DNA from: Balanoglossus misakiensis | Lineage: Eukaryota; Animalia; Hemichordata | DNA: 64,000 bases | Direction of reading: 5' to 3' | Assembly: GCA_040954595.2 (NCBI GenBank) | Contig: CM082580.2 | Coordinates: 9,154,390-9,218,389, forward strand | Part shown: positions 34,631 through 48,954 of the stretch, one piece after another | Layout of the letters: each line of letters begins with the position of its first letter | Position numbering within the stretch: the stretch's first letter is position 1 | The notes under the pieces: generated by a model | The model's database searches: none | Told to the model about the DNA's origin: nothing | Seen by the model: the letters and a program-made list of their open reading frames with translations, nothing else | Position numbers and translations under genes: made by a program

Positions 34631-37531
34631 CTTCCCCAAATTCTTTACAGAAAAAGTATACGCTACAGGTCGGTCGCATCGCAGTTGTAAAGGGCAGTCT
34701 GGTAAATTATACATTTTACGTGTTAAACTCAATGTTACATATATGTGTGTTATGTAAGCTTGACTTCATTCATGGTCAGTGCAGTAAGCCAAATATTCCA
34801 ATGTCGGTGTTCTTTCATCAAGATTCACTGAGTGTTGCTGGGAGACCGTCGACACCAAGCAACGCTTGACATCCTGACATCATAGTTTTGCAACAAAAAG
34901 CGCATCTTTGGTCATCACTTCACATTTCGGGAAATATTGATCGAAAGCAAAGGCCATATTAATTTTTAACCGGTCAAAGACTTAGTCACTTAGGGAAAAA
35001 GCTAAATGATTCGAGAATGCAACCCATGTACATTACACTGTACCCACTATAGATGACAATTTTGGAAAATATGTCTAGACTAGATTATGAATTATTGATT
35101 GTAGAAATTTCACGTGAGGCAGAGTTGACATTTGACTTTTCGGGTACCTTATATTTCGGGTGATATATTGCGAAAAGGTGTACAAACAAAGACCATAGAA
35201 GCATGAAATGAACATTTCTGTCCAAGTCTCCAAATTTGTAGATGATTATGCATAATAATTTTCTTATGGATAAAAAAATCACATACATTTTGCCCATATT
35301 TTACTCATTCATAGCTTTTGATTTGTGATCACGACACAGATGTATTTTCGGAATATAAATCGTAACATTACATGTAATTGACGAGAGGCTTGCAAAAAAT
35401 AGAAAGCATGTACCAGCATGATCATGCATTACATAGTGTGCTCTATTCCAATGAAAGGTATTGTGCCTATATGTTAAGGGTGTGTATGGTAAAAGGTAAA
35501 TTTATTGAGGACAGTGCAAATAAAAGTCTTAAGTGGATGTGTTCATAATTGACAGTACTGTGTGTTCACTTATCAACATTACACTACATGTCCAACGTTT
35601 TATGAAAATACAGAAATTGTCATCTGAAAAAGAAATTTCAAATGTGTCATATTTTTGGACATAATTCCTTGTGAGGGACTGGAACATAATCAAGTCTTTC
35701 AATCAGCGAAAATGATGAGAAAATAACTAGACCTAGGGGTGAATACTTGTGCATAATCAGTGATAATGTATTCCTCTTTTGTGCATGCCAAGATCTCCGT
35801 CTCTCTGTTGATGGCTTTCTTATATCAGTAGTATGACATTATTTATTGATGTCATTTAACCAGTGAAAATTTAGCCATGCCTCTTTGATCGAACAAGTTA
35901 ATTGTCAGTGTGGTATGCGTGGGTGTTCACTGTGTCATACTAAAAAAGAAAGATCTTAAGCTGCATTTCTGTTGATCAACCAGGCAAACCTACAGGGAAA
36001 CCTACAATATTCAATGGATTATTCCATTCTTTAGAACCCTTCCCCCATGGATATTCTGGGAATGAAGTAGACATTAAAATTACATGGTAAATATTCCTCA
36101 ACAGCGATGAATTGGCTAGAATAATGTATTGGAAGACTACTACATTTCTTTTATCATCAATTATCATTACCCATATTATTGTCGTAAAAAATAGTTATTT
36201 TACCAAGCATTCTTTTATTTTTGTTTCAGCAATTCTATAAAATTTCAATGTGACAGAATTGCTGGAAAATTCAGATATAATATGTAACCAGGAAAAAATG
36301 ACAATTTTAATAATAGTGAACATTGTCAGACAGACTGAATGTAGACTAAAAGAACAACATAATATCATTTTCTTATCCTATTCTTAGAAATACATCAAAT
36401 TTTTGAGGTTTTTTTTCTGCCAAACAGAAGTAAATTTTTCGGGGGCCGACGGTGACTTAATTAGAAAAATTACAATGTTCATGTTATTATGTATACCAAT
36501 AACAGTAGAAATTTAAAACTTGCTGTGTAATATATGTCACAAAGGTAATTGCCAATTTGGAGTGTAAATGTTGGGGAATTATTGCAGTAGACCTCTTTTA
36601 CGACAGCTCGTCACAAATCGAGGTTTTCTGCAGTATTATTTATGACTTTACATGTCATTAACACAGTTGACGTGTGTTAGCATAATTATAGTACAATACA
36701 TCAAATGTATTGGTGTTTTGGGAGCAGTACATTATTTTTTCTGATGGTCTGCTTTTTTAGTGCAGCAGTACATTCTCATCTTTACCTGAATACTCTTACT
36801 ATATGGATTTTGTTAACTTAATGAATGAATTGATTATTTCTATTAATTAAAAGCAGTTTCATGTCAGAACAACATGGCAAAATTAGCACTATGAAATCTG
36901 CACGCTTTAATTAAACTATGGAAATTTCTGTGAGAATTCCCTTTGTTTTAGTTAACACATGGCGTCACTAGTAATTGCTACAGTGCGTCAGTTCCCTCCT
37001 ACATCAACCTCGTAGGTGTGTTGTATGCACGTCATTTGTTGCTGTCGGCAAATGTCCATCACTGTTTGTCCAATATAGCGATCATGTCACAGAGTCAGTA
37101 GGCTGATCTTAATACAAGGAAATTGAACCGGATGGTTAATTTATTTCACTTCGAGGTACAGTTGTGTCAATATAAGCTGCAGTTTGAATTGCCTCGTGAT
37201 AGCGCCCTAGAATACATATGACATCAGGGAAACAAGGTAAAATTGTATCTTTTTTCACAAAAGCCACCACAACCACAAAAATCAGTGGAACATTGTGATT
37301 TGTTACTGAATGGGAAAGTGAATTTCAACCAACCAAACAATGAATGGTGGTGGAATGATGAAATTTGTATCAATGGTACATATCATATGAATGTTTCAAT
37401 ATGTAAAACATCACCAATATTAGTATGTAATTTTCATTTTGGTATATGTCTCCGGATGTTAATATATTCCTAGATTAATGCGCTGTCTTTTTCATCCCAC
37501 AGGGTTTCCTAGCAACAAGTAGAAAGTCACC

Positions 37532-40500
37532 ATGGGATCAACATCCTCATCAGCTTCAACCTCGGTTGTCCTGGAGAATCTGTATCCAGCCATCATACAA
37601 TGCTTCTTCATCATCTTAGTCGGCTACATCATCGGCAGAACTCGTGTCATCTCGCCTACAGAATCCAAAGGCATTGGTCTCTATGTGTCATACATCGCCC
37701 TTCCAGCGCTCTTGTTCAAGGCCATGATTGAACTGAATTTCTCCATGGTGAACTGGGTGTTCTGGTCGAGCATACTCGTAGCCAAGTCGATAGTCTTTTT
37801 CCTGGTGTTCATATTTACGATCATTCTGGACAGGCCTGTGCAACTGGGCACTGCGGGACTCTACAGCGTGTTCAGCACGCAGAGCAATGACTTCGCCCTG
37901 GGATATCCGATAATAAAAGCCCTGTATGAAACTACACATCCGGAATACATCAACTACCTCTACCTGTTCGCTCCTATCAATCTGCTCATCCTGAATCCGA
38001 TTGCGTTTGTTTTCCTGGAGATCAACCGGAGTCGCTCCATCGATTCAGAAGGAAACCATCTGGGATTCTGGAAAGTGACAGGGAACGTCGTCAAGAGAAT
38101 CGTCTTCAATCCAATTTTATTTTTCGTGTTTGTCGGGTTCATATTTCATTTCATCTTTCAAGGCACGGTGCCGTTGATACTTAAGGATATTTTGCAAGTG
38201 CTGGGTGACTCTTACAATGCAACAGCGCTCTTTTACTTGGGTCTTGGACTTGTTGGCAAGATCAGACAGGCTGCCAGCTTTGCCCTCCTCGTACCTGGCA
38301 TATTAATAGCGGCAAAATCGTAAGTACACATTTCTCGTATGTTCTGCATGCAACATTTTTTTCAGGAGATGGTCTGTTTCCCCACCTCTTATATTGACAT
38401 ACATGTAACTGTGTTTTACGGCAATATAAATGATACAGGTCATTTCTGTTTGCTTTGTTTGACAGGATTATCTTACCACTGCTGTCCAGGGCCATAGTAA
38501 GTGGACTCAATGCTGGAGGAAGCAGCAATGCAACGGACAGTCTGAGTACATATGCCTTCATATACGGCACTTTTCCCACTGCCCCTACTGTTTACGTGTA
38601 TGCAGCGTTGTATGATGTCAGCGAATCTCTTGTGAGTATAGGATGGACCCTCAGTCTAAGTTGCACATTTGGCCAAATCACAGATTACTATATGGCTGAA
38701 CCCTTCATAGTCAAGGCCTGTAAAACCAGGACTGCTCAATTTACAACCAAGTGACTTCTTTTGGCACAAGATGAGAAAGCTTATTGGTCTTTAAATCTTG
38801 CCAGCTATCCATACTAAAATAAAAAAAAGATCTTAATACCCTTTCCCTTTTCTCTTTGTATACAGATAGCGTCTGGTATGGTGGTAGGGACATTTCTGTC
38901 AGCACCCTTGATGTTTGTGTCCGCCACAATGGAAGCATTACCAATCCATGATCCCAGCTCATATGAGGCATTAGTTGCAGAGGCTGCATTGTATATCAGT
39001 ATTATTGGTGGTGGATGTTGCGTGAGTATTGTCTAAAAGTATACCATATTCTCCAAGCATCATATTTAGTACCACTGCTACCATACAACTTACCATTGCT
39101 AATAATTTCAAACAATGTGTATGTCTTCCAGGTATGGGTGTTAGGTATATTTATTATTAGCGGGAGAACTAAATGGATGCCTCACAATCTGACCGTCAAT
39201 CTAGTTTTGGCCCAGGTAAGTGTTTTATGTCTTGTTGTGCTTTTTTTCTTTCTATCTTCAATGCAATATCTGCTAGTCCAGACACAGTTAGTAGATGCAT
39301 CTGCCTCCTGAATGTTTTTACATACATCAGTTTATATGTAAATTTGAGAATTCAGAAATATGGAAATAAACATGGTCACAAAAATAGAGAACTGGTTAAG
39401 CATCAGCAAAGTGCTGTGATAACTGAAATATGTGACAATTTATTGTCTTCCACAAGCAAGTTCACAAGAACAATTTTGGGGAAATAACATTCAATTCTGC
39501 TCTATTTCAGTTATGTAGCTGTGTGGGCATTGTGTTGTATCAGTTTTGTGATGACAGCAAACCATGGCAGCATTACATTCAGTTCATATCATTCTTAGTC
39601 GGTGTCTTTGGATCCAGATGTTGGACATCTATGATTTCCCTAGCTCTCTGTCTCATACGTTGTAAGAGTATGTGCTCTGTACTCAAGTATAAATTCTGGT
39701 TCTACCTCTATGGATGGGGGTAAGTAGAAGTTTACACTTTTTTAGCTCTGAAATTTAAGAACAGAGAGGAGGTAACAGAATTCTACATGTATATTCTAAA
39801 GATTTTTATTTGCCTGTTTGACTTTTCCTCAAGTAGTGCAATGAAATATGTCCCTTTGTGTTTCAGAGAGCTTGTGTTCTATAGTAACAAGATACTTATA
39901 CCAGGAATGCAGAAAATAGCCCAAAGCTAGCAAAAAAACATATGGCAGTCAGGCACCAACAAAAGATTGCTGGCTGTGTATATGATTTCAATGAAAACAC
40001 ATGTTCATATGGGAAGCCATATGTGTTGGCTTGAACCAATACTTTTATTTTGGTTGAATTAAAAATTTAATTCTACATCTCTGCAACTCTACCATGGCAT
40101 CAAATCGTTTGGTTTTGGGGGTATGGCCATATGCTTGCATTGTGACTGAGTAACAAATAAGTGGAACCAACCAGACGTATTAACCCTGTCTCACCCCTAT
40201 TTTCTTGGATATGGATTGAACCACTCCATAGAAAAGTCATGGGAGTGAACCAAACTGTAGGGGTGAAATGGTTATTGATGAGGTTACACATCCTAAAACA
40301 GTTTCAAATTATGTTAATGAACTTAGTATTGGTGTACTTGTGTTTTTCACCAGGTTAACAATTATTGCGGTTGGTGTGCTGCTTGCTGTTAGTGTGTGCC
40401 AGAAGATGTTACAAGTGGATCCAGTGTTTCAGTATGGTAATTTGCAGGTAATTATTTATTTATTTATTCACAGATTGAGAATCCTCCACAGCTTGTGATT

Positions 40501-43500
40501 GTTTTACCTGAGTTGGATTGAGGAAGAGTTGATTGATGAAGTCATCTTTCCTAGTGAATGGACTGGCATACTCTTTAGTCTTACAATTGAAAAGTCACAA
40601 AAACTTTGATACTCAGATCCAGATTACAGCATTATATTTGGTTTTCCAATTGCAGGTGATCATGTCGGCATCCATGCTTAGTCTCAATATCATCATAACA
40701 ACCGTGACACTGGTGATCCTGCAGAGGAATGACAGGTTCAGGAAAAATGAGTATCTCAGAGTTAGTACAGACGAGGACAACAACACTGATGATGATGATA
40801 ACACCTTAGGTTTATTGTCAGACGAAGTTGACGTCTCAGGTAAAGGAAATGGCATCTTATAAACTACATAATTGGTAAATGACTAGGTAATCCTAGTAAC
40901 GCTGTTGCTAACTATTAATATAACTGCATCAATATGCCAAGGGGGAACCCTGGTAACATTTACTACATGGTAACCCCCCCTCCTTTACCAAAACACTGAT
41001 GTATCTGTGGCCATAGCTGATGAATTACATGTATGTTGATTTGGCTGTAACCATCCTCTTGCATGTTCAGTTTCACAGACGAGGCCCTCATCCCACGAAA
41101 CAGGAGGGAGCAGCGGAGGCAGTGACCATGACAACAGTGACCGTGACAACGACACCGCCAGCAGCGGTGTGCAGACGAGCTTGGTGGCGGACATAGAGAA
41201 CATCCACGAGAACATCTGTCGGTCCAGCTCGCGTTGCGGCGAACTGCAGCGTCAGAAATGTCGCACCATGCTGCATAATTACGAGACCGAAGTCGGGCAG
41301 ATCAACCCTGAAGTGGACGAAGTGGCGTCTGCAATACAGCGGCACCAGTTAGCAAGACATATAGTTCTCTTGCTCCTCTTGCTCTTATCCATGTGTATAG
41401 TGAGTATTTCAAAGGCATACATTGTCTTGGAACATGTTTAACCACTTTAAATCATCTTCTTAAAGTGTTAATGATCATTAAAAAATAACTGTACAAAAAC
41501 ACTGCACAATTACTCACAGAAAACCCAGGAATTTTGAATGACTTAGAGTGTATGAATGTTGGATAGTGGCTGTATAAAAAACCAGTCTTTGACTTTGGTT
41601 TGTCTTTCATTGCAGGGATTATTCCTCTGTTTCTGGAGGCTGTTCAATGAGGCCAGGTCCGGTATCTATGTGGAATTAGAGTTCCTTGACAGTGTCTTTA
41701 CATACGGACAGGGCTTTTTTGTCCTGGCATGCTTTGGGTTCGACACGCAGTATGTTATCATGCCATTTATCAAGAGGTAAGTTGACCACCTTATGTGGTG
41801 GCAAAGTTGTGTAGCTTGCACGTTGTATTTTTGATGGCAACTCACATGCATAACATATATGTTTTCATATGTGAATTTGTCAGCCAACATTCTGTGATGG
41901 CTTCATGATTCATAGTACAAGAATAATGCATTTCGCATGCACAGCTTCAAGAATAACTCAAAACGTGTGTGTGTGTGTGAGAGAAAGTCTTGTAGGAAAT
42001 TTTCTTTGTACAGAGAGGAAATGAACAACTGTGATAATCTGTGTGTAACAGTGAAGCCATGTGTCTCATGCTTGTTTATGGTCAGATGTTTCTTGTGAAG
42101 GGTGTTGTATGCGTGTTGATGCCACAGCTTCATTGTGACAGTCCTACATCATAAACACACAGCGCAATCACTACTTTTGCTTCTTTTCGCGTTATTTCCT
42201 ATACGTTCTGAGTATAAATGTACACTGCTGTGCGAACATTCCAATCCATGCTTGTAGTTATGAAGTTACTGTTTGGTGATTTAGACTATTAGTCTACTTA
42301 CCCATAGATCTCTAATGTGCTATGTCTCTACTGTTTCTCTGTACCACACTTCACACTATAAGGATATCTGTAGAACTTGACTATGTAGTTGCTAGCGTCA
42401 AAGATAGGTAATACTTTCTACAATTCACAATTTGTTGTAATGTTCAGAATTGTATGTGTGTTCTGTTGTGGCATACGTACATGTATTGTTGGTGTCAAAC
42501 TGAAGTCTCTGTGGAAAATGCATGATTTGGAGAGAATATTGTCTGCTTCTCTCAACTTGAAGGTTTATCGGGTGACTTTACAATAATCCACACTTGCTGT
42601 GTGGGAGATTTTAATAATCCCATCTTGTTACTGTATGTGTATTGGTGGAGTAACCATCAGCATGGCTGTGAAATACTGGATATATTTCAGTTCTTTATAA
42701 ACTATTTCTACATATTGGAAGCTATTTATATACCAGTATTTCAACATTTTCGCCCAAATAAAAACGGAGAACTCGCATCCAAAGATGGTGCTTCCCACTT
42801 TATACATCTCAAATTTAATACGCTGTCTTGGAATTTCTAGTGAAGAAATTCTATATTTCTTGTGGCTGAAAGATTTCTCATCAGCTCTCTATTGTCTGCC
42901 AAGCCCTGCTAAAAAAAATAAGACTAAGCATTTGTATTATTGTATGTTCAAAAGGTTCAGCTGACATGTTTTCCTGTCTGTTTTTGACCACAGGTGGCGC
43001 AAATTTTGGTATGGTGTGGAACAGGTGAGACTGCCAAAGCCAAATGACCTGAGTAGTGAAATCAGGTTTACCTGCGAACAGTTTACACTTTACCACAAAG
43101 ATAGGTGTAAACAAGAACTTGTCCAGGACTTGAGGTATGTATTTTACTATGTTGAGTGTTTTCAAGGGAGGTGTGGCAGTTGATTCCTGGTCGATACCCT
43201 GCCACATGATGTACTCGGTGACAAGGGTCAATCAAGTCTTGGGCACTGTTGCCATATACACATTACAATCATCCTAGTTGCTTGAATTCAAAACATTTAC
43301 AGTTAATACTAAATATTCAACTAATATCAACAGAAAAAATGAATGTGTAAAAGGGGGTCAAATCATAGACACTAGAGTTGTGCCTGTTGACAAACCTTTA
43401 CCATGAATCAAACGGAACTACATGTTGTGACTGCACTCTGACCCCTGTTTGCTTTCTGTCACCAATTTCACAACAGGTACAGACTGAGAGTGTACAGGGG

Positions 43501-43687
43501 CGTTGTCCGAGGAAACACCTTTGTGGACTGGCTGCTGGACGTTGGCTTGGCGAAGGACAGATCGGACGCTGTGGAATACGGCAGCAGACTGCTTCTGGGA
43601 AGGATCATCCAGCACGTCAAGAAGGAACACCATTTCCACGACAGGCCATATTTTTATCAGTTTGTGGAGGACACCGACCCAGTGTAG
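37532..43687 (+). CDS. GPR155: GPR155/LYCHOS lysosomal cholesterol signalling protein (PIN-like transporter + GPCR-like + DEP domains), 11 coding exons
   Basis: ENLYPAIIQCFFIILVGYIIGR, LPALLFKAM, AGLYSVFSTQSNDFALGYPIIKALY, YGTFPTAPTVYVYA, SGIYVELEFLDSVFTYGQGF and the C-terminal DEP domain GNTFVDWLLDVGLAKDRSDAVEYGSRLLLGRIIQHVKKEHHFHDRPYFYQF; TAG at 43685-43687. Confidence 0.95.
40180..40275. mobile_element. Degenerate ~95-bp MITE (same family as 28454-28546)
   Basis: TTAACCCT...CCAAACTGTAGGGGTGAAATGGTTAT in a GPR155 intron. Confidence 0.55.
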
Positions 43688-45088
43688 GAGGGGGACTGTT
43701 GAAGTTTCTTTGTCAAGTGCGATTAAAGTCGCCTTATATTTAAGGCCGGAAGTTTCCATCTCCAGTTTGCGATTTGAGCTGAGATGCGGAAAAAGAACTT
43801 TTTGGCTGTAACAGCACCTCACTCCTTGCTTGCTATCTCAACGTACTGCAGGCCACTATGAGCAAGTGTGCTGTTGTATTTTTCCCCAGCCTTTATGTTG
43901 GCCTACTCGTTTGCCAGAAGTCAAGCTCTGTACCTGTGAGGTGTTTGAAACAGGCGGTTGATTATTGAAAACTGCTGAACTACACAAAGTAAGCTGTCTG
44001 TAAAGACACAATGAGAGTACAAGTGTGCATCAGTTTGAATTGGTCAGGTCCAGTTCAGTGACTGCCTTTCAGCTATTTATTTCACCACACTTTTATGCAT
44101 GGCTACCCAAGTGAAAATTCGTGATTGGCCAGTTGTTAAATTGCCATGGTATCTGTGGCTAAATTGGCATAGGTGACAGTGTTTACCTTTACATGGTGAT
44201 TATTAGTTTACCAATAGACAGACACCTACTGTCTGTGAACATTGCTGTCGGATGCTAGGTGCTATTTGAATTATTTTCCCTATCCTATCATACAATAACT
44301 ATCTATATTGTAGAGTGTGCAGAATCCTGTACATATGTAAATTTTAGAGTAGTAGTAGTAGATCAATGGATTGGTTAATATAATGGGAATGATGACATCA
44401 ACACCCCCTAGCATGACAATGATTAGTCTCAGTTACCCAAACCCACATTTGAGTTCAAATTCATGATGGCTGTATGAGGGCGCTAGACTTATGGAAATGG
44501 TGTATGATGTGTCCCAAAGAGTGTACTTTTACATGGTATACCATAAGTCGCATACACATTCAAGAAATATCTTCTGAAATATTTTGCAGTTTTGTCCGTG
44601 ATATGATTCCCCCAGTTTGCATTACTGACATGAACATTTTTTGGAGGGGTAGACTTTCCATCTGTGTGCTAATAAAAAGTATATCGGCATAAACAACAGC
44701 TTGGCATGTTGAAGTCTTCAACTACTAATGGATTTATAAGTACTGTGCGTTAGGCTTCTAGATAAACGTCAGAAAACTAGCCTGGCACTTGTACCCTTCA
44801 CTTCCAGTCAAGTAAAAATTCGAGCAAAGAAATGGAACAGCAAATATGAACACGCATTTGGATAGTTTTAGCATTTTTATTCCTGGCGCCTACCTACCAG
44901 CAGATTGTGAGCTAAAACATTTTGAGTTAAATTTATTTTTTAGGGTCCTTGGGGGATGAATAATAGACGTTTCTCAATGCCTTGGTCCGCCCAGTCTGAT
45001 AGCAAATATTTCTCGCCTATGCTTTACTCGCGCAGGCATCGATCATCCCACTCGTATATAGTGAGCGCTGAAGGTTTACCACCACAAA

Positions 45089-47940
45089 ATGACAGCTATT
45101 AAACAGTTCGTATGCCTTGATGATTACGAAACTCGGGCGAAAGAACTGTTGTCGCTCCCCATATGGTTGTACTACAGCTCGGGAGCAGATTGCGAAGAAA
45201 CACTTCGTGAGAATAGAAATTCGTATCGGAGGTAGGAAAAGTGAGATTTATTTCTGTGGCGATAATGGGGGGGGGGGGGGGGGGTGGTGAATTCTCCAAC
45301 CGAGTTCTTACTATCTCACAGCTGTTCTGATAGTGATATACATGCTTATGTAAATTAGTAACAGACCCTTAGGTACTGCATATCCCACTTCATTTAGATA
45401 TATTCTTCAAACTAATATCCACTCTAGTTTTTTGATGAGCATACTACTGTTGGTGACAGCCGCCAACGAGTTAATCAGGTTATGAACGTATTATGGTGTG
45501 CTGAAATATTGCAGTAGAGTTTTACCATGTGTTTGTGAAAGAATGCAAAAATGCCTGTTACTGGATTTTTTTTCTTTCGTCTCCTCTTGTCATCACAAGA
45601 CACTATGTGTAATGAAAAAAAACGTGTACACGGTGACGTTCGCGGTGTGTTCTTTGATTTAACAGATATTGGCTAAAACCGAGAGTGTTACGGCACGTTT
45701 CTGCCAGAGATATGTCGACTACCATACTTGGTGAGAAGATAGATATGCCAATATGTGTATCACCGACAGCTTTTCACGGGATGGCGCATCCCGACGGGGA
45801 AATTGCAACTTGCAAAGGTAAAAGTCGAATACTAAAATTTCTTGTTTAGTCCAGGCACAGCCGTACGTTTTCAAATTGTGCTCCCGAAAATCACATTTTA
45901 GAGGAGCGTAATACAACATACGGCTGTAGGAACTTACTACTTGTTATACAAAGAAATCGAAACTATGCCAAATACAGTGGTATTGGAAGAATTGATTACC
46001 GTGGATATAAAACGGGTTGGGTCAATTTTCTTTTTGAGTATACGCGTACTATACTTTGGTAATTTTGCTACCCAGCTGCCGCCGACATGAATACAATGAT
46101 GGTATTGAGCTTGATGTCCAACAAGTCACTTGAAGACATTGCGGCTGCGCGACCAACCTCCCTGAAATGGATGAACGTTGCCATCTGGCACGATCGCGGC
46201 GCAACTAACGACGTGCTGAGACGAGCCGAGAAGGCGGCTTTTAAGGCAGTTGTCGTGTCTGTGGACACTGCGGTACACGGCGTGAAGAGAGAGTTGGCCA
46301 GTCTTGGGGGATATGCAATACTGCCGTCCTCTCATCTCGGAAACCTCGTCAAATATACTTCAAAGGTAGCGTAGCAACACCTGTTCGGGTCTCCTACAAC
46401 ATCTATTGTCACCACGAACACGAAGCATGCCTACACAGCCAATGGAAACATGTATGGTTTTTGATAACCGACCTACCCTGAGAAAAAAAAATAGTTTTGA
46501 TAACTGACCTCCCCTATTTTATACCACCGACCCTAAACTTTTACGGGTATGTCGACGCAGAAGTTTAAAAAATGTAATTTCCGCGATAATATATTACCTG
46601 AAATATGGTCTGAAAACATCCTGATTGGTTGTGGCTGGAGTCTATATTCTGGTCGATCAATAATAACTTTCAAAAACGGATAAGTGAAAAAATTAACTAT
46701 GGTTTTTTCCCCACTAAATAACAAGGATATCCGATTTGCACATGACATACCACGCGAACTGGCAGCGCCACACATGACGTGGAAAGACGTTGAGTGGTTG
46801 ACACGTGCCACCAAATTGCCAATTGTTCTGAAGGGCATCGTGACCGTAGATGACGCTTTATTGGCCGCAGAGCATGACGTGCAGGGAATACTGGTCTCCA
46901 ATCACGGCGGTAGACATTTGGACGGAGTACCAGCCACAGTGAGTTGATGGTGATCAAAGTTGACGAAAATATAAGTTTTGTTTATCGAACAATAAATGTT
47001 AAAAAGGAAAGACCGTTCCATGCCACCTGTTGGATATTCAGTGCGTGATGTTATGTGGACTTTGGATATGCAGTCCCTGTAATGAACTGAATAGTTTCTT
47101 TAATACATCGAGCGAGCCTTCCCATGCTTCCAGACAAATGCGTCCCATTTCTGATACTTGGTACGCCTCGCATATGTATTATTTTTTAATGATAGATTGA
47201 TGTGTTACCAGACATCGTAGCAGCGGTCGGGGATAAAATTGAGGTGTACATGGACGGAGGCATCAGAACTGGCACTGATGTCTTGAAGGCGCTGGCTTTG
47301 GGTGCTAGGGCGGTGTTCATTGGGAAACCAGTGGTTTATGGATTAGCGTGTAATGTAAGTTGTACTGTGGAATAACGATATGTGATTAACCAAATCTCGT
47401 TAGATCTCGCAGTGAGCGGAAAATCGTATACATGACAACTACAATTCTTTGATGTACTTAAAAGTAACTGCAAGTTTTTGTAATCAAGTCTGGATCCGTC
47501 TGTCACTTTTATTGTTTGACCAGGGTGAAGATGGTGTGAAAGAAGTTCTTCGGATCCTGCGTGACGAGTTTAGTCGGGCCATGGCTTTGACAGGTTGTTA
47601 ATTTACACTACTAGTAGTTCATGTCAGTCGACATACAGCCTCCTGTGGGCGGAATTATCACCTCCCAAGTGCCAATTTTACCAAAGTGACGATGAAGGTG
47701 ACGTCACAGACATGACACGTGGTTCTGCCATCATACTTACGAGTTTCCACCACATGCATACTTGGCATCAACATACGTACGTGGAAAACAACAGAAATAT
47801 ATTATTAACGATGAAAATTTCCCACATTTTTTCATTAATGTAGAATGACACAAGTTTTGTTGCTTACAGGATGCAACCGGATCAGTGACATCACAAATGC
47901 TCTTATATTACGAAAGAGTGACGGATGGTCCAAACTGTGA
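45089..47940 (+). CDS. HAO1: FMN-dependent (S)-2-hydroxy-acid oxidase (HAO1/HAO2-like), peroxisomal, 7 exons
   Basis: [14 protein letters not shown]...[26 protein letters not shown]...[73 protein letters not shown], and C-terminal WSKL* (PTS1; TGA 47938-47940). The paralog assignment is uncertain. Confidence 0.88.
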
Positions 47941-48954
47941 TTAAACGCAAGCTTATGTGGCAATCTTATATTATCATGTTTGAAATATATGGAGAGTGGG
48001 GTACCTTACAGTCTAGGAACACTGAATAAACATAAGGTTTTTGAGTTTCGTGTGCAAAATAATGAAATAACTACGGGTCTAGCAAATCTGGTATACGTTT
48101 ATTATAATCAAAGTAACTGATGTAAATAAAACTGTAAACATTTCCAATGATCGAGTATATATAAATGCCTCCCTATTCTATATATGATAAAATAGTAAAT
48201 TTTATGAAACAATACGATTTTTTGATTGGTCGATTGTGTATTCCGTTTTTTTTCTCATTGTTACACGTCCCGACGTACAGATTAGCTCACGTAATACCGA
48301 CGATGTTGTATGATGCACGTTTTGAAGTTCAACATACAAAGTGTCGAGATCTGTGTGACGTGATCCACGTAATTTAAAAGGTCTACTTTTGGTCCCTAAT
48401 ATACGAAAGTAAAACAGACTATAGTTTAGTAACATGTAAATGTTCATTCCTCAAAATATAGGCGGTGTTTTTAGTTTTATGTACTGTCGATTCACGACCT
48501 GCATAATAGATTGGGACTACAGCTAACAAACAACTTATGTATTCATGATTATTTTCAATTTCTCAGAAACATATTGACATAAATCGTGTCTTGAATAACA
48601 CAAACAAATTTATGCATATTGTTTAGCTACAGAACTACAAAGGCCACGCTTAAAACGTACCGTCCGTTATCACTTTTGTTTGGCCAAAGAAAACATTTAA
48701 GGCGGATTGTGTTGTTTACAACTTACTATAATGTGCAAATAATATGGTTTAGCTTTGCAATGTAAAAGCGCTGAAAATCCTCGGATTTTGATACAGCGAA
48801 ATAATATCTTTATACTCCGAATGCGATAAAAATGGAGGTTCGCTATTGGCACTGTAGTCTCTTGACTATAGTTCTAGTATATGTAGATTGCAGATCGTGG
48901 AAGTTTTTATCGAGGCAAGCTCCTTCTCTCAAACTTATGTCGGGCTCGGTCAAA

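Noticed and set aside
40880-40980. Repeated GGTAAC/AGTAAC X-box-like half-sites in a GPR155 intron
   Set aside because: Degenerate and far from a promoter; cannot be distinguished from a repeat relic.
42127-42258. Possible alternative GPR155 terminal exon lacking the DEP domain
   Set aside because: Weak pyrimidine tract and unremarkable peptide; not supportable without transcripts.
45267-45284. Poly-G runs here and near 21842 and 31530
   Set aside because: Simple homopolymers with unreliable length and no supporting structure.
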